A DNA stretch of 64,000 bases from a virus (Duplodnaviria; Caudoviricetes), in the IMG/VR virus record IMGVR_UViG_3300032272_000008, positions 8,928 to 72,927 of that record. One strand, given 5' to 3'. Each line of letters opens with the position of its first letter. The first letter of the stretch is position 1. Below the pieces are notes generated by a model that was not told the origin of the DNA, ran no database searches, and saw nothing but the letters and a program-made list of their open reading frames with translations. Both the position numbers and the translations under genes were made by a program. Positions 63,639-64,000 of this stretch are shown here, piece by piece.

Positions 63639-64000
63639 ATGGCACACGCACTCGACCCTTACGCAGAGACGATTTTCAAACGCACATACGCCCGATGGGT
63701 TGAGTCAGAAAAGAGACGGGAATATTGGCCCGAAGCGATCAACCGATATCTAAGCTTCTTCAAAGATTACAATCAGGACAACTACGGATATACCGTACCC
63801 GGTGAATTCATCGAAATAGCTCGCGAAGCCATCGAAGGTCTCGATGTTATGCCATCAATGCGTGCGTTGATGACAGCTGGTCCCGCGCTCAAGCAAGTGG
63901 CCATGGCCAACTACAACTGTACAGCGCACGGCATTGACAGTGTCAAGGCGTTCACCGACCTTATGTACATCATGATGTGCGGTTCCGGCTCCGGGTTCTC
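63639..64000 (+). CDS. nrdJ: Class II (B12-dependent) ribonucleotide reductase, 5' part
   Basis: Not in the ORF track because it has no stop in the window. IFKRTYARW...VMPSMRALMTAGPAL...NYNC...YIMMCGSG.GF. Confidence 0.88.
   Translation, partial: MAHALDPYAETIFKRTYARWVESEKRREYWPEAINRYLSFFKDYNQDNYGYTVPGEFIEIAREAIEGLDVMPSMRALMTAGPALKQVAMANYNCTAHGIDSVKAFTDLMYIMMCGSGSGF

Noticed and set aside
1-64000. Stop-codon reassignment, integrase or transposon, introns or inteins
   Set aside because: All three stops terminate genes, and the core genes (polA, terL, capsid, thyX) are uninterrupted and of normal length; no recombinase or transposase motifs were seen.

Overview
This 64-kb window is part of a tailed dsDNA phage genome (long non-contractile tail type, apparently lytic; no integrase or repressor seen). 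The host is almost certainly an alphaproteobacterium, based on GTA-like tail-tip genes, an alphaproteobacterial-type two-piece tmRNA and perfect CtrA boxes. Layout: (1) 1-12.8 kb, minus-strand replication block (Cas4/YqaJ-like nuclease, RecD/Dda helicase, T7-like DNA polymerase A, a bare GGQ release-factor domain, T5 A1-like phosphoesterase, SNF2 helicase, rIIB, rIIA). (2) 13-20.6 kb, two stand-alone tail-fibre knob proteins, a holin, an HslV-like peptidase and a large primase/helicase. (3) An AT-rich iteron-bearing putative origin at 20.7-21.0 kb, then RuvC-like resolvase, TerS and TerL. (4) 25-34.6 kb, two converging blocks of small early-type genes with CtrA boxes, meeting at a repeat-rich non-coding junction (29.7-30.5 kb). 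(5) Portal, dUTPase, permuted tmRNA, ThyX, and head and tail morphogenesis genes, ending in the 5' part of a class II ribonucleotide reductase. The most striking signals are a phage-encoded ribosome-rescue toolkit (tmRNA plus minimal GGQ hydrolase domain), a 170-nt highly structured RNA nested in the tmRNA intervening segment, cell-cycle (CtrA) boxes controlling the early genes, and one heptamer (ACACCGT) clustered at two distant non-coding loci. All calls come from manual motif reading; no database searches were run.
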